Source: Candidatus Hermodarchaeum yapensis (GTDB taxonomy: Archaea; Asgardarchaeota; Hermodarchaeia; Hermodarchaeales; Hermodarchaeaceae). From it: 64,000 bases of DNA. This document shows positions 8,783-18,351 of the stretch, one piece after another. The stretch covers positions 9,473-73,472 of the forward strand of contig JAEOSK010000006.1 in the NCBI GenBank assembly GCA_016840405.1, written 5' to 3'. The notes beneath the pieces are model-generated. The model was not told the origin of the DNA and ran no database searches. It saw nothing but the letters and a program-made list of their open reading frames with translations. The translations under genes were made by a program, and so were the position numbers. Each line of letters begins with the position of its first letter. Positions within the stretch are counted from its first letter, which is position 1.

Positions 8783-9904
8783 ATGACTAGCAGTTTCGCA
8801 AATATGGATCCATTACAAGTGCAAAAAGGCTATCGAGATCCGAAACTCGCCCAACAAGCTGCACAAAAAATTAAAGAACTCGCTAAAGACGAAACTTACA
8901 AATTCATGCACTTGTGCGGCACTCACGAATATACCATTACGCACTCAGGAATTCGTCAGCTTCTCCCAAAAAATGTCGAACTAATCGCAGGACCTGGTTG
9001 TCCTGTTTGTATTTGCCCACCAGAAGATGTAGCGTTGGCAATTGAAGTGGCACAGCAACCAAACGCGCTTTTGACGACTTATGGCGATATGATGCGTGTA
9101 CCTGCAGGAGATCTGGGTTCTCTGAATTTAGTTCGAAGTAAGGGTGCTAAGGTCCAAGTCGTGTATAGTATGATGGATGCGATTATTGCTGCAAAGGAAA
9201 ATCCTGACAAGGAGGTTGTGCACTTTGCCATTGGTTTTGAAACCACTACGCCACCAACTGCCGCAGAAATCTTAGGTGATCCTCCGGAAAATTTCAGTGT
9301 TCTGGTTAGCCATCGACTCATTCCACCTGCAGAGGTATTTCTCCTCGAACAAGGTGAAGTGGGACTTCATGGATTCTTACTGCCTGGTCACGTTTCTGTG
9401 ATAATTGGAGTTCAGGGCTATGTTTCGATTTCAGAGCAATATGGAGTTCCTCAAGTGGTGGCCGGTTTTGAACCCTTGGACGTGTTATTAGGGCTGGTTA
9501 TGCTCTTACGCCAAGTAAAGGAGGGACGGGGAGAAGTTGAGAACCAGTATACACGAGCCGTTACCTATGAAGGTAATGTGAAAGCTCGAGAGATGATTGA
9601 CCAGGTTTTCCAGCCAGTTGATGCTCGATGGAGAGGAATCGGACTAATTCCTGAATCGGGACTTGCATTACATGAGAAGTACATGAATTTTGATGTCCGG
9701 ACCCGATTCGATATTAAAATTGAGCCACAGAAATTTGAGATGCCACCAGGATGTAAGTGTGGTGAGGTATTGCGGGGGATTTTGCGTCCAGAAGAGTGCC
9801 CGTTGTTCGGTTCAGGGTGTACACCAGAGAATCCGATTGGTCCATGCATGGTGTCTACGGAGGGGACTTGCAGTGTGGTGTATGGGGCTCAGCCGATTCC
9901 TTAA
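8783..9904 (+). CDS. hypD: [NiFe]-hydrogenase maturation protein HypD
   Basis: Motifs CGTHE, GPGCPVC, GFETT, PGHVS and a C-terminal Cys-rich CKCGEVL...CPLF...CTPENPIGPCMVSTEGTC. Confidence 0.95.
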   Translation: MTSSFANMDPLQVQKGYRDPKLAQQAAQKIKELAKDETYKFMHLCGTHEYTITHSGIRQLLPKNVELIAGPGCPVCICPPEDVALAIEVAQQPNALLTTYGDMMRVPAGDLGSLNLVRSKGAKVQVVYSMMDAIIAAKENPDKEVVHFAIGFETTTPPTAAEILGDPPENFSVLVSHRLIPPAEVFLLEQGEVGLHGFLLPGHVSVIIGVQGYVSISEQYGVPQVVAGFEPLDVLLGLVMLLRQVKEGRGEVENQYTRAVTYEGNVKAREMIDQVFQPVDARWRGIGLIPESGLALHEKYMNFDVRTRFDIKIEPQKFEMPPGCKCGEVLRGILRPEECPLFGSGCTPENPIGPCMVSTEGTCSVVYGAQPIP

Positions 9905-10241
9905 CTTTGGCTAGCTTTTTTGCAAGAACTGCTTCGTGGAATCCTGGGCTTTCCAACCATTGGGCAGCTATTGTTTCAACTTCATCGACTTTAGCTCTAA
10001 GATAGCGGTCAATAAGGATTTCTCGATGAATGTTAGGAATGCCTTTGTCGCGCCAAAAACCCTCAGATTGTTCAGATGAGAGTTTTCGTGGATTTCCTCG
10101 AGCAATGGGTTGGTCGATCACATATCGGGCGAGCTGGGCTGCGAGAAGTTTAGAGTCTGTGCAAAGGAGGCGACCACGAATCCATAACCGACAATTGGTG
10201 CGACCTTGACAGGGACCTCGGGCGATGGAACAAAAAACCAC
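9855..10241 (-). CDS. Hypothetical protein (weak call)
   Basis: 128-aa ORF. Its 3' end overlaps the hypD 3' end by 50 nt (convergent). I recognised no family motif. Confidence 0.25.
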   Translation of the reverse strand: MVFCSIARGPCQGRTNCRLWIRGRLLCTDSKLLAAQLARYVIDQPIARGNPRKLSSEQSEGFWRDKGIPNIHREILIDRYLRAKVDEVETIAAQWLESPGFHEAVLAKKLAKVKESAEPHTPHCKSPP

Positions 10242-10318
10242 TACAACTCACCTTTGTATAGTATCTCGTCGCAGGATTCAAAATGGCATAAACCTTTTGG
10301 TGCTACAGATAACTCGGA

Positions 10319-11263
10319 TTAGCCAATGGGCCAGTAAAGATCTTCAGTAGCTGTGGTGGCTTCGGCAATATCCCGCATCAGAGTGAGTAGAGCAAAGACA
10401 TCAAAATTGGTGCCTTCACCAATGGTCACAAATCGCTGATTTTCACTAGTAAAGGCATTTTCAGGATTCCAGTCAGTGGGCCAGGCAGGTACGGTTTCTA
10501 GTTGAATCATGGTTTGATTATCCCCAGTCACTTGGGTCACAATTAAGGGTACAGTGGGAAGACGGAGGAGAAAGGTTTCAGGGCGGAGAATATCGTCACT
10601 ACCGCTACGCACGACTTGTAGGGGAGGGAAGAAGCGTGTGCCAACTTCACGTTCCAAGGGATAAGTGATGAGTTGACGAAGTGTGGCTTCGTCTTTAGGG
10701 TGGAGCGCCCGCGTCTCCAAGGATTCTCGAAGGAGTACAGCCGTTGTGATAAGATCATTGGGCTTCGTTACATTGGCAGGGAGTTTCGGAGCAGGACCAC
10801 GATGAATATCAAATGCGCCGTTTGGATTGAAGCCTTCAGGCGTGATTCCTGGATGACTCGGGTTGAGTGTGAGCCAAAGAGCAAAGGGGAAAATGGGAGG
10901 CTCTTTGGAAAGCGCGGTAATTTTGAGTTTGTTCGAAAATGGACGAGTAAGGTATAGTGTATCAAAATGGTCCTTCGAGGAAAGCTGTACAACCAGGGTG
11001 AATCCTCCGAAATCGATTGGCTCAGGAGTTTTCCCACGCATTTCCATGTCGACTGCTGCTTCAGAAGATTCTTTGACACGACTAAACGCATTAGGCATGA
11101 GAAGAAGTTCAGGTTCCCCCGAGGAATAGGGTTCAAGTTGGTCAAGGAGTGAAGTAAGGAGTTCGGTATGTTGAGTAGTTGCAACTCGATCTAGAAGTGT
11201 GAATAATTCAGTGTTTTGTTTTCGAAGACTTTCCATTGCACCAGCCAACTCAAAGATGAACAA
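10319..11263 (-). CDS. Hypothetical protein, distal gene of the adh-aor operon
   Basis: 314-aa ORF starting 4 nt after the aor stop, on the same strand. I recognised no motif. Alternative ATG at 11236. Confidence 0.6.
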   Translation of the reverse strand: MFIFELAGAMESLRKQNTELFTLLDRVATTQHTELLTSLLDQLEPYSSGEPELLLMPNAFSRVKESSEAAVDMEMRGKTPEPIDFGGFTLVVQLSSKDHFDTLYLTRPFSNKLKITALSKEPPIFPFALWLTLNPSHPGITPEGFNPNGAFDIHRGPAPKLPANVTKPNDLITTAVLLRESLETRALHPKDEATLRQLITYPLEREVGTRFFPPLQVVRSGSDDILRPETFLLRLPTVPLIVTQVTGDNQTMIQLETVPAWPTDWNPENAFTSENQRFVTIGEGTNFDVFALLTLMRDIAEATTATEDLYWPIG

Positions 11264-11267
11264 ACCA

Positions 11268-13115
11268 TTACTTATCTAAATCTGCGAGTCCCACTTTTTT
11301 AAGGGCAGCGGCTGATGGAAGCCCAGTTTTTCGATCCCAGTCTCGATAAGCGTAGTAGTCATTAAGTTGTTTTTCGAGATTGGGAACCATACCATTTGTA
11401 CCTCCATCAGGAAGTGGTTGAAGGAGTAGTGAAGGAAGACTATCATCTTCAGATTTAAACCCAAGATTCAGATTAATGAGTCGTTTTAAAGTGATGATGC
11501 GGTCCCCAATGTGCATTAACTCTTGTGGGGTTGTATTACGACCAACCACTAAATTGAAGAATTGGGTGATTTCATCAACTGAATAGGTTGGGAATTGACA
11601 CATTATCAATGAGTTGGACACTTGTCGCCAACTTTGCGATTTAGCGGCGACTTCACCCATCCCCTCGTCGGTTTGAGGGTCATCAGCGTCAATTCCTAGT
11701 TCCATTATGACCTGTCCCTGTAGGACCATATACATATCGCCATCGAGATGAGTACCACCACGAGGACTTGTAGCATAGCTTGTTGCCATACCGAAAAGAG
11801 CACGCGGGTCCCAACAGGACACTTCTAAGCCTTTCACATGAACGGCTAAATCCGCTGCATCATATCGTTCACCCATTGACCGCGTTCCCTCAGCTAAAAT
11901 AGCGCCGAATCCCTCACGGTATGCGATTTTGGGTATTAATTTAATAACAGGCTCAGGGTCACCCCAAACAAGGTTCATTCCTACCTCTTTGAAAGTGAGT
12001 TTATTTTGGTCCATGAGATAGTAGGCAAAACCGATGCTATTACCTGTACTGATCGTGTCTAATCCAAGATCATCACAAAGGTAACCGGCTTTAATCACAG
12101 CATCCAAGTCGTCTATGAGCATCATCGAACCGAGAGCACCAATAGTTTCGTACTCAGGTCCATTTACTCGTGGTAACTTAAATTTCCCTTCGGAGACTTT
12201 GACTATCCGTCCACATTGGATTGGACACCGATGACACCCATCAAAGCCGACCAAACGTGTTTCTGACATAGTTGCTCCGCTGATATTGTCATGAGTAGGA
12301 AATTCACCCTGGGTGAAGTATTTGTTGGGCATGGCTCCAATTTCCTGCGCAGGACCCACAGCAGTAGCAGTACCCATTATTCGATAACAGTCGGGCATGA
12401 AGTCTTTCATCATTATCTTATTTACAGGCCGCGCGAGTTCTACAATTGCATCATGATTCGCCACAGGAACCGGCTGATCTCCCACAACAATCATTGCTTT
12501 CAGATTCTTACTACCCATGACTGCTCCTAGCCCCATCCGTCCGGCAGCTCGTGCACCTTCTGACATAATATTAGCGTATTTGACTAGATTTTCACCAGCA
12601 GGTCCGATGCTAAGGGTAAAAAAACGCTTTTCATCGATATCTTTTCGTAAAAGCCGTTGTGTAGCAGAAATAGTGTGTGACCAGATGTGATTAGCATCCT
12701 TCAATTCAGCCTTACCAAAAAGCAGAGAAAGGTAAATGGGCTTCTCTGCTCGTCCTTTTATGAAAATTCCATCGTATCCAGCTTGTCGCATTTCAGCACC
12801 AAAATATCCACCAATATCGCTTTCACCCCAGAGTCGAGTGAGAGGTGAACGTGTACAGATAGCCATTCGACCAGAACTAGGTACAGCCGTTCCAACAAAT
12901 GGCCCCGCCATTAAAAGCAGTGGATTGTCAGGTCCTAGCGGCTCGATTTTTTCTGTTAATAGTGGATAGAGCATCCTAGCAGCCAGTCCAGCTCCACCAA
13001 TATATTGTCGTGCCCAATCAAGTGGTGTTGGTGAATCCTTGAGGGTTCCCGTTGTAAGGTCAACGTTGAGAATTTTTCCCGTGTAACCGTAGCTATCCTT
13101 TTTTGCCATATTCAT
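11268..13115 (-). CDS. aor: Tungsten/molybdopterin aldehyde:ferredoxin oxidoreductase
   Basis: 615 aa. The N-terminus GYTGKILNVDLTTG...YIGGAGLAARMLY and the overall length are typical of the AOR family. Confidence 0.9.
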   Translation of the reverse strand: MNMAKKDSYGYTGKILNVDLTTGTLKDSPTPLDWARQYIGGAGLAARMLYPLLTEKIEPLGPDNPLLLMAGPFVGTAVPSSGRMAICTRSPLTRLWGESDIGGYFGAEMRQAGYDGIFIKGRAEKPIYLSLLFGKAELKDANHIWSHTISATQRLLRKDIDEKRFFTLSIGPAGENLVKYANIMSEGARAAGRMGLGAVMGSKNLKAMIVVGDQPVPVANHDAIVELARPVNKIMMKDFMPDCYRIMGTATAVGPAQEIGAMPNKYFTQGEFPTHDNISGATMSETRLVGFDGCHRCPIQCGRIVKVSEGKFKLPRVNGPEYETIGALGSMMLIDDLDAVIKAGYLCDDLGLDTISTGNSIGFAYYLMDQNKLTFKEVGMNLVWGDPEPVIKLIPKIAYREGFGAILAEGTRSMGERYDAADLAVHVKGLEVSCWDPRALFGMATSYATSPRGGTHLDGDMYMVLQGQVIMELGIDADDPQTDEGMGEVAAKSQSWRQVSNSLIMCQFPTYSVDEITQFFNLVVGRNTTPQELMHIGDRIITLKRLINLNLGFKSEDDSLPSLLLQPLPDGGTNGMVPNLEKQLNDYYAYRDWDRKTGLPSAAALKKVGLADLDK

Positions 13116-13146
13116 AACCTCAAGAAGTAGAATCCGTTCAGGTGGT

Positions 13147-14316
13147 TTAGAAGTCGATGGATTTTCCGTCGTACATGTAATGCCAGAAGCGTTTCATATC
13201 TTCAGTTGTGGGTTCTCGGCAATTGAATATGTTCACAGCGGATTCCGATGTCAGGCGGACTAAATCATCAAAGTTCTTTTCGAATTTTGCTTTTGGTATT
13301 CCATATTCTTTGAGACTACGAGGAACCTCTAATTCCTTCATTATCTTTACAATCTTATCGCGTAACTTGATGGTGGCGACTTTATCATCATCGCTTGACT
13401 CCGCCACGCCAACGGCTCGTGCAAGTTCTCCATAGAGATCCGAGTGAGTCTTCATGGCATATTCAATAGAATACGGAAGAACCAACCCGACCGTAATTCC
13501 ATGGGGCATCTTAAAGATAGCTCCCATGGCATGACCAAATGAATGGGTGATGCCCAAGAAGGAGTTACTCCAGGCAAGCCCACTAATAGATGCAGCATTA
13601 TGGAGCTTTTCACGTGCCTCTGAATCCTCAGGATTTTCATACACCCGAGGGAGGTATTCTAAGATCATTCGAGTACTGTGAATGCTTAATCCATTGCTGA
13701 AATCGTTACGCCATTGAACCGTATATCCATCAATTGCTTGAGCTAGCGCATCCATTCCGGAGGAGGCAATGACCTTAGGAGGCAAGGATTTCGTGAGTAG
13801 AGGGTCCAAAATGGATACATGTGGTATCAAAACCGGGTGGTTGAGTTCCATTTTGTACTTTTCCTTACTGTTCGTAATGACCGCGGATGCAGTTGCATCA
13901 GAACCCGTTCCGGATGTCGTGGGGATGGCAATCAGAGTTGTTTTCTTGATAGTTATTGGTGTTAGCGGCATAATTTCCAGCATTGGGAGATCAGGGTGTT
14001 CGAATAGGACTTGGGTTACTTTGGCCACATCCAAAACTGAACCGCCACCTAATCCTATGATAAGGTCAGGCTTGAACTTCTGAGCTAGTTTTAGACTCTC
14101 ATGCACCACTTCTTCGGGTGGTTCAGGAGTCACCCCATCAAAGCTTGCCACATCTTTTCCGCTTTCCTTGAGTTTCTCCATCACCAATTCCAAGAAGCCC
14201 AGTTTGACAATTGTTTTGTCTGTCACAACGAAGGCACGGTTTCCTTCAACCTCTTTCAGATAATCTAAAGCACCTTCACCAAAAGCGAAAACCCGTGGAG
14301 AACGAAAATACCACAC
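13147..14316 (-). CDS. Iron-containing (type III) alcohol dehydrogenase
   Basis: GLGGGSVLDVAK motif and His-rich metal site (...HSFGHAMG...). GTG start. Lies 31 nt upstream of aor. Confidence 0.9.
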   Translation of the reverse strand: MWYFRSPRVFAFGEGALDYLKEVEGNRAFVVTDKTIVKLGFLELVMEKLKESGKDVASFDGVTPEPPEEVVHESLKLAQKFKPDLIIGLGGGSVLDVAKVTQVLFEHPDLPMLEIMPLTPITIKKTTLIAIPTTSGTGSDATASAVITNSKEKYKMELNHPVLIPHVSILDPLLTKSLPPKVIASSGMDALAQAIDGYTVQWRNDFSNGLSIHSTRMILEYLPRVYENPEDSEAREKLHNAASISGLAWSNSFLGITHSFGHAMGAIFKMPHGITVGLVLPYSIEYAMKTHSDLYGELARAVGVAESSDDDKVATIKLRDKIVKIMKELEVPRSLKEYGIPKAKFEKNFDDLVRLTSESAVNIFNCREPTTEDMKRFWHYMYDGKSIDF

Positions 14317-14454
14317 TTTACAACTACCTCAAAGTTATTTAGTCAACGATGAACTCTTCTACTGAACCTTAGCCCAAGTTCACCGTGCAACCAATAATCG
14401 GTTCACATAGAAAAGTAATAGGGATAGGGGACGAAATACAATCCCGAATTGTAA

Positions 14455-14862
14455 CTATGGAAATTCTGTTTTAATCATCTGAGCGGTTCGTACTAGCTCC
14501 TTAGCGGCACGGGTTGCCCGCATAACCTTTGCCCGGTCACCAATTAGTTTCATCCTACGGGTCAGTAATGCTTTGATAGGATCTAAGCGACCTTCAATGA
14601 TTTCTTTCCAATTTGCATATTCTCCTTCATAAACGAAAGCGGTCTCTTTTGCATCACGGTTGGGTAGCATTTCATAACCACGACATTTTCCATGCCACAG
14701 GTCCATATACATCACAACTTCTTCATTGATTCCTTTTTCTTTGTCGGGCCATACGATGAAAAGAAAGTCGCCTTCCCATGTTGCGGCAGCGTCTTCATAT
14801 GCTTCATTTTCATTTAGGGTTTTAACGAAGGATTCAAGCCAATCTGGTGTGCCAAATTCCAT
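14455..14862 (-). CDS. SCP2 sterol-carrier-like domain protein
   Basis: MEFGTPDWLESFVKTLNENEAYEDAA...LDPIKALLTRRMKLIGD is SCP2-like. The track ORF (to 15156) overlaps the divergent phosphoesterase gene, so ATG 14862 is preferred. Confidence 0.65.
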   Translation of the reverse strand: MEFGTPDWLESFVKTLNENEAYEDAAATWEGDFLFIVWPDKEKGINEEVVMYMDLWHGKCRGYEMLPNRDAKETAFVYEGEYANWKEIIEGRLDPIKALLTRRMKLIGDRAKVMRATRAAKELVRTAQMIKTEFP

Positions 14863-14997
14863 TTTTTTCACCGGAGTGTTTTGATAACAAGTGAGGGTTA
14901 TTGATTTATATCTGGTCTTGACGTTCAAAGAATTTTCATCCAAATTTCTTAATACTAAGTCATTGAAGATATTAGTTGTAATGTGAGATGAAACAAA

Positions 14998-15771
14998 ATG
15001 GCTAAGTATACGATCGTCCAAATTTCTGATCTTCATGTCGGTGAAGCTGGTTATCGGCGTGACATGGTTGTTGCAGCAATCGAAGAAATAAACAAAATCA
15101 AACCAAATCTCGTCGTGGTGGCCGGTGACTTGACATGGAATGCAGTGCGTGAACAATTCATAGAAGCCCGTGATTTACTGCAGAATTTAAACTGCCCACA
15201 AATCGTAACGATGGGAAATCATGACGGGTTTAATGTAGGATATCTGATGTTTGAAGAACTGTTCGGCCCTAGATATGCTGAATATCAGGATGAAAGCGTC
15301 TTTGTAATGGCAGTAGATAGCTCCGAGCCAGACTTAAACACGGGACATGTGGGCAGAGATGGGCGTGGGTTTATTGATAAAGCGTTTTCAAAGGTTGATG
15401 ATGATCTATTGAAGATATTTACTTTACACCATCATCTTGTTCCGGTGCCTCGTTCTGGTCGAGAGAGAGATAGTATGGTGGATGCAGGGGACTTGCTAGA
15501 ATTGCTAATGCATAAAGGGGTGAGTCTAGTGTTAAGTGGACACCGACATTATCCCTGGGTATGGCGTCTTGAGAATATGGTGCTATCTTATTCAGGGACA
15601 AGTGGCAGTCCAAGATTACGAGGAAGCCCTTGTCAGAATTATAACATTATTAAAATCGATAAGAAAACTGTGGAAATTTCGACGAAGTTAATTGGTGGAC
15701 CTCATCGTCGTCGAGGCAAATACCGATGGGGTAAACGCGGCATTACTTGGTGGAGCGAGATTAAGACTTGA
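14998..15771 (+). CDS. Calcineurin-like metallophosphoesterase
   Basis: Motifs ISDLHVG, VVAGDLT, GNHD, HHHL and SGHRH. Confidence 0.85.
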   Translation: MAKYTIVQISDLHVGEAGYRRDMVVAAIEEINKIKPNLVVVAGDLTWNAVREQFIEARDLLQNLNCPQIVTMGNHDGFNVGYLMFEELFGPRYAEYQDESVFVMAVDSSEPDLNTGHVGRDGRGFIDKAFSKVDDDLLKIFTLHHHLVPVPRSGRERDSMVDAGDLLELLMHKGVSLVLSGHRHYPWVWRLENMVLSYSGTSGSPRLRGSPCQNYNIIKIDKKTVEISTKLIGGPHRRRGKYRWGKRGITWWSEIKT

Positions 15772-15802
15772 GAAGTTAGTGGATAGTCTCTTCTGCGTTC
15801 AG

Positions 15803-16783
15803 TTAAGTCTGCATTATACTGCGTAAGAGATCGATATCAATATTGCTTCCACTGGCAACAATTACAACGTTTTCGTCCGTATCGAGCTGAATTTTTTTCT
15901 CAAGAAGAGCCGCGATTCCCACGACACCAGCGGGTTCAAGAACACGACGTTCGTTTTCTAAGGTCCAACGAATCGCTTGACGCAACCCGGATTCTTCTAC
16001 TAGCACAACGTCATCGACATACTGCAATCCAAAATCAAGATTCAGTTGTTCTGTGTTTCCAGCTAGCCCATCGGCAATGGTTGGCTCTACGGGTACATAA
16101 AAAAGCCGTTTTGCTTTGAAATTTTCATAGAATGCACGAGTCGCAGTGGTTTGCACCCCCACTATCCGGATGTGGGGATTCACCGTTTTAACCCAAAAAG
16201 AGATGCCAGAAATTAATCCCCCGCCACCAATGGGAACCACAACCACATTGACCTCCGGGTAATCCTCAAGAATTTCATAGCCCACTGTTCCCTGTCCAGC
16301 TATGACTAAAGGATCCGCATATGCGTGTATTATGGTCGCTCCAGTTTCTTTAGCGAATTCCACACTATGAGCTGCAGCAACATCATAGTTGGCACCATGT
16401 TGAAGGATGGTCGCACCATATTGTTTGATTTTGTTCATTTTCAGCTGGGAAGCTTCTTCAGGAACAACGACAGTCGCAGGAAAGTCTAGTTGTTGGGCAG
16501 CATAGGCCACTGCTAGTCCATGATTACCCGATGAGGCTGTAACAACACCTGGACCAGCCGTTTCCGGGGGAAGAGAAGCAGCTTTATTGTAGGCACCTCG
16601 AAGCTTGAAAACGCCAGTGCGTTGGAGACATTCCCATTTCACAGATACCGATGCTCCACTAATACCAGAAAGGTTTGGTGAAAATTCAAGAGGGGTATGC
16701 AAAACAATTCCCTCAAGCCGTTTCCGAGCTTGCATGATCATAGCAGGTGTAAGAGGCAGCGATTTTTTTGTAGTCTGACCCAT
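15803..16783 (-). CDS. PLP-dependent threonine/serine dehydratase (threonine ammonia-lyase type)
   Basis: Motifs FKLRGAYN (PLP lysine), SSGNHG and GGGGLISG. At 326 aa it lacks an ACT regulatory domain. Confidence 0.85.
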   Translation of the reverse strand: MGQTTKKSLPLTPAMIMQARKRLEGIVLHTPLEFSPNLSGISGASVSVKWECLQRTGVFKLRGAYNKAASLPPETAGPGVVTASSGNHGLAVAYAAQQLDFPATVVVPEEASQLKMNKIKQYGATILQHGANYDVAAAHSVEFAKETGATIIHAYADPLVIAGQGTVGYEILEDYPEVNVVVVPIGGGGLISGISFWVKTVNPHIRIVGVQTTATRAFYENFKAKRLFYVPVEPTIADGLAGNTEQLNLDFGLQYVDDVVLVEESGLRQAIRWTLENERRVLEPAGVVGIAALLEKKIQLDTDENVVIVASGSNIDIDLLRSIMQT

Positions 16784-16908
16784 AGCATCAATCTCCTTAA
16801 ACCGAGATATTCAGCGTTCTTAGATAACGATTTCTCAGCGATTAATTCCAGTTTAGCGGGTGGTGCGATTGTTTATAAGCATGCTTTTTCGATAATGGAA
16901 CCCAGAGC

Positions 16909-17388
16909 GTGACATTCATGTCCTTAGATGAATTTCAAGAGAAAATGAGTTGTCGACGATGTGGTCGACCACGAATCATAACGCGTGTTAGTAAACCGAA
17001 AACTGATCTGGTTAAGCTGTATATGCGTTGCCCAGTACACACTTCAGAAGTCGTCTATCGGATGCCTTTGAGTCTATATGATGCAGCCAGTGGAATAATC
17101 CGAGAACATGTGCTTTTGTGTCGAAAGTGTGGGCAACCTGTTGAAATTACCGGACAGCATGCAGGCAAATTATCGACAAAAGTTCGGATTCTATGCCCCG
17201 AGCATGGTGATGGAGAACGGTTGGTGAATAATTCACTTTTTGATCCCATCCTTGCGGCTGTCCCTGCCAAAGCAGCACCAGAAGCCGCAGTGCCTACTGG
17301 TACCTCAAAGTTTTGTTCCAGTTGTGGTTCACCAGTTCCGGCCCCTGAAGCCCAGTTTTGTCATAATTGTGGGGCTTCGATAGATTAG
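16909..17388 (+). CDS. Zinc-ribbon protein with an internally duplicated CxxC...CPxH module and a C-terminal double zinc ribbon
   Basis: First module is CRRCGRP...(21)...CPVH. Second is CRKCGQP...(21)...CPEH. An Ala/Pro linker follows, then FCSSCG...FCHNCG. Confidence 0.6.
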   Translation: MTFMSLDEFQEKMSCRRCGRPRIITRVSKPKTDLVKLYMRCPVHTSEVVYRMPLSLYDAASGIIREHVLLCRKCGQPVEITGQHAGKLSTKVRILCPEHGDGERLVNNSLFDPILAAVPAKAAPEAAVPTGTSKFCSSCGSPVPAPEAQFCHNCGASID

Positions 17389-17441
17389 GATCATTCAGTT
17401 CAACCTATCTGAGAGGGAAGAGGTCCAATCAAACGTCCCTC

Positions 17442-18233
17442 TCATTCAGGTTTATTTGATTTGGGTGGATACACCTTCCGTGCTGAGGTCACATATCCTG
17501 TATGACCGATCATGCGAGTTTCTGGACGTGTTTTCCCTTTTCGAACCATGATTTCTCTTTCAATAAGCTCTCGAGTAACGATTTCAGTGAAATGAGAGGT
17601 GTATAAGGCGTCAACGGTTTTCTGCGTTTGTTCAATAGTGGGTGAAAAAGAGACAAAGACACCACCACCTTTCAATACAGTATAAGCTAAGGGGACGACC
17701 TCCCACGGCACAGCTAAGTCTAACACAATGGTATCAACATTCGTCTCCGTAATCCCTTCAAGAATATCCTGCTGTTTAATGGTCACAAATTCTTGAAGCC
17801 CAGCTTTCTTCAGATTCTTTGCTGCAGCCTTGGCGAAATCTTCACGAATTTCATATGAAAAGACATGACCAGCAGGAGCAACGTGATATCCAAGCAAGGA
17901 GGCGAGAGCCCCACTACCAGTCCCTGCTTCTACCACCACTGAGCCAGGTCCTATACCAGCCAACAATAGAATTAATCCAGCATCCTTCGGGTACACAATA
18001 TTGGTTTGCCGCCCCATCTTCACCGCACGATCACGAGGTAGTGGAGGCAATGCAGCAACTTTTACTCCTAAACTCGTTGAAATCAGACTGCCATACTCTT
18101 GACCGATAACATCATCATATTGTAGAATTCCTCGATGGAGATGAAAAGAAGACCCTGCATCAACTCGGCGTAACCAATTTCTCCGGGCATCCAAATAGAA
18201 GAGAACTTGGTCACCATCTTTTATTTCAGTCAT
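17442..18233 (-). CDS. trmI: tRNA (adenine-N1)-methyltransferase, TrmI/Gcd14 family
   Basis: VVEAGTGSGALASLL SAM motif, with a Gcd14-like N-terminal beta domain and matching length. Confidence 0.8.
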   Translation of the reverse strand: MTEIKDGDQVLFYLDARRNWLRRVDAGSSFHLHRGILQYDDVIGQEYGSLISTSLGVKVAALPPLPRDRAVKMGRQTNIVYPKDAGLILLLAGIGPGSVVVEAGTGSGALASLLGYHVAPAGHVFSYEIREDFAKAAAKNLKKAGLQEFVTIKQQDILEGITETNVDTIVLDLAVPWEVVPLAYTVLKGGGVFVSFSPTIEQTQKTVDALYTSHFTEIVTRELIEREIMVRKGKTRPETRMIGHTGYVTSARKVYPPKSNKPE

Positions 18234-18351
18234 AACGCCTTCACCAATGTGATTTTATTCAATGCCCTTTTTCAGCCTTCTGTACATGAGAGAAAGGACG
18301 AGTAATAGACCCCAAAGGCTCAAATTCTCCTTTGTGAACTAATCTCATAGA

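Noticed and set aside
10543-11184. Multiple overlapping ORFs (10543..10758, 10673..10957, 10768..11184, 10863..11129, 10967..11152)
   Set aside because: All are nested within the 314-aa ORF that is positioned like an operon member after aor. I found no independent support for them.
14863-15156. N-terminal 98 codons of track ORF 14455..15156
   Set aside because: They overlap the divergent metallophosphoesterase gene and are Cys/His/Phe-rich nonsense. The SCP2 homology begins at the internal ATG 14862.
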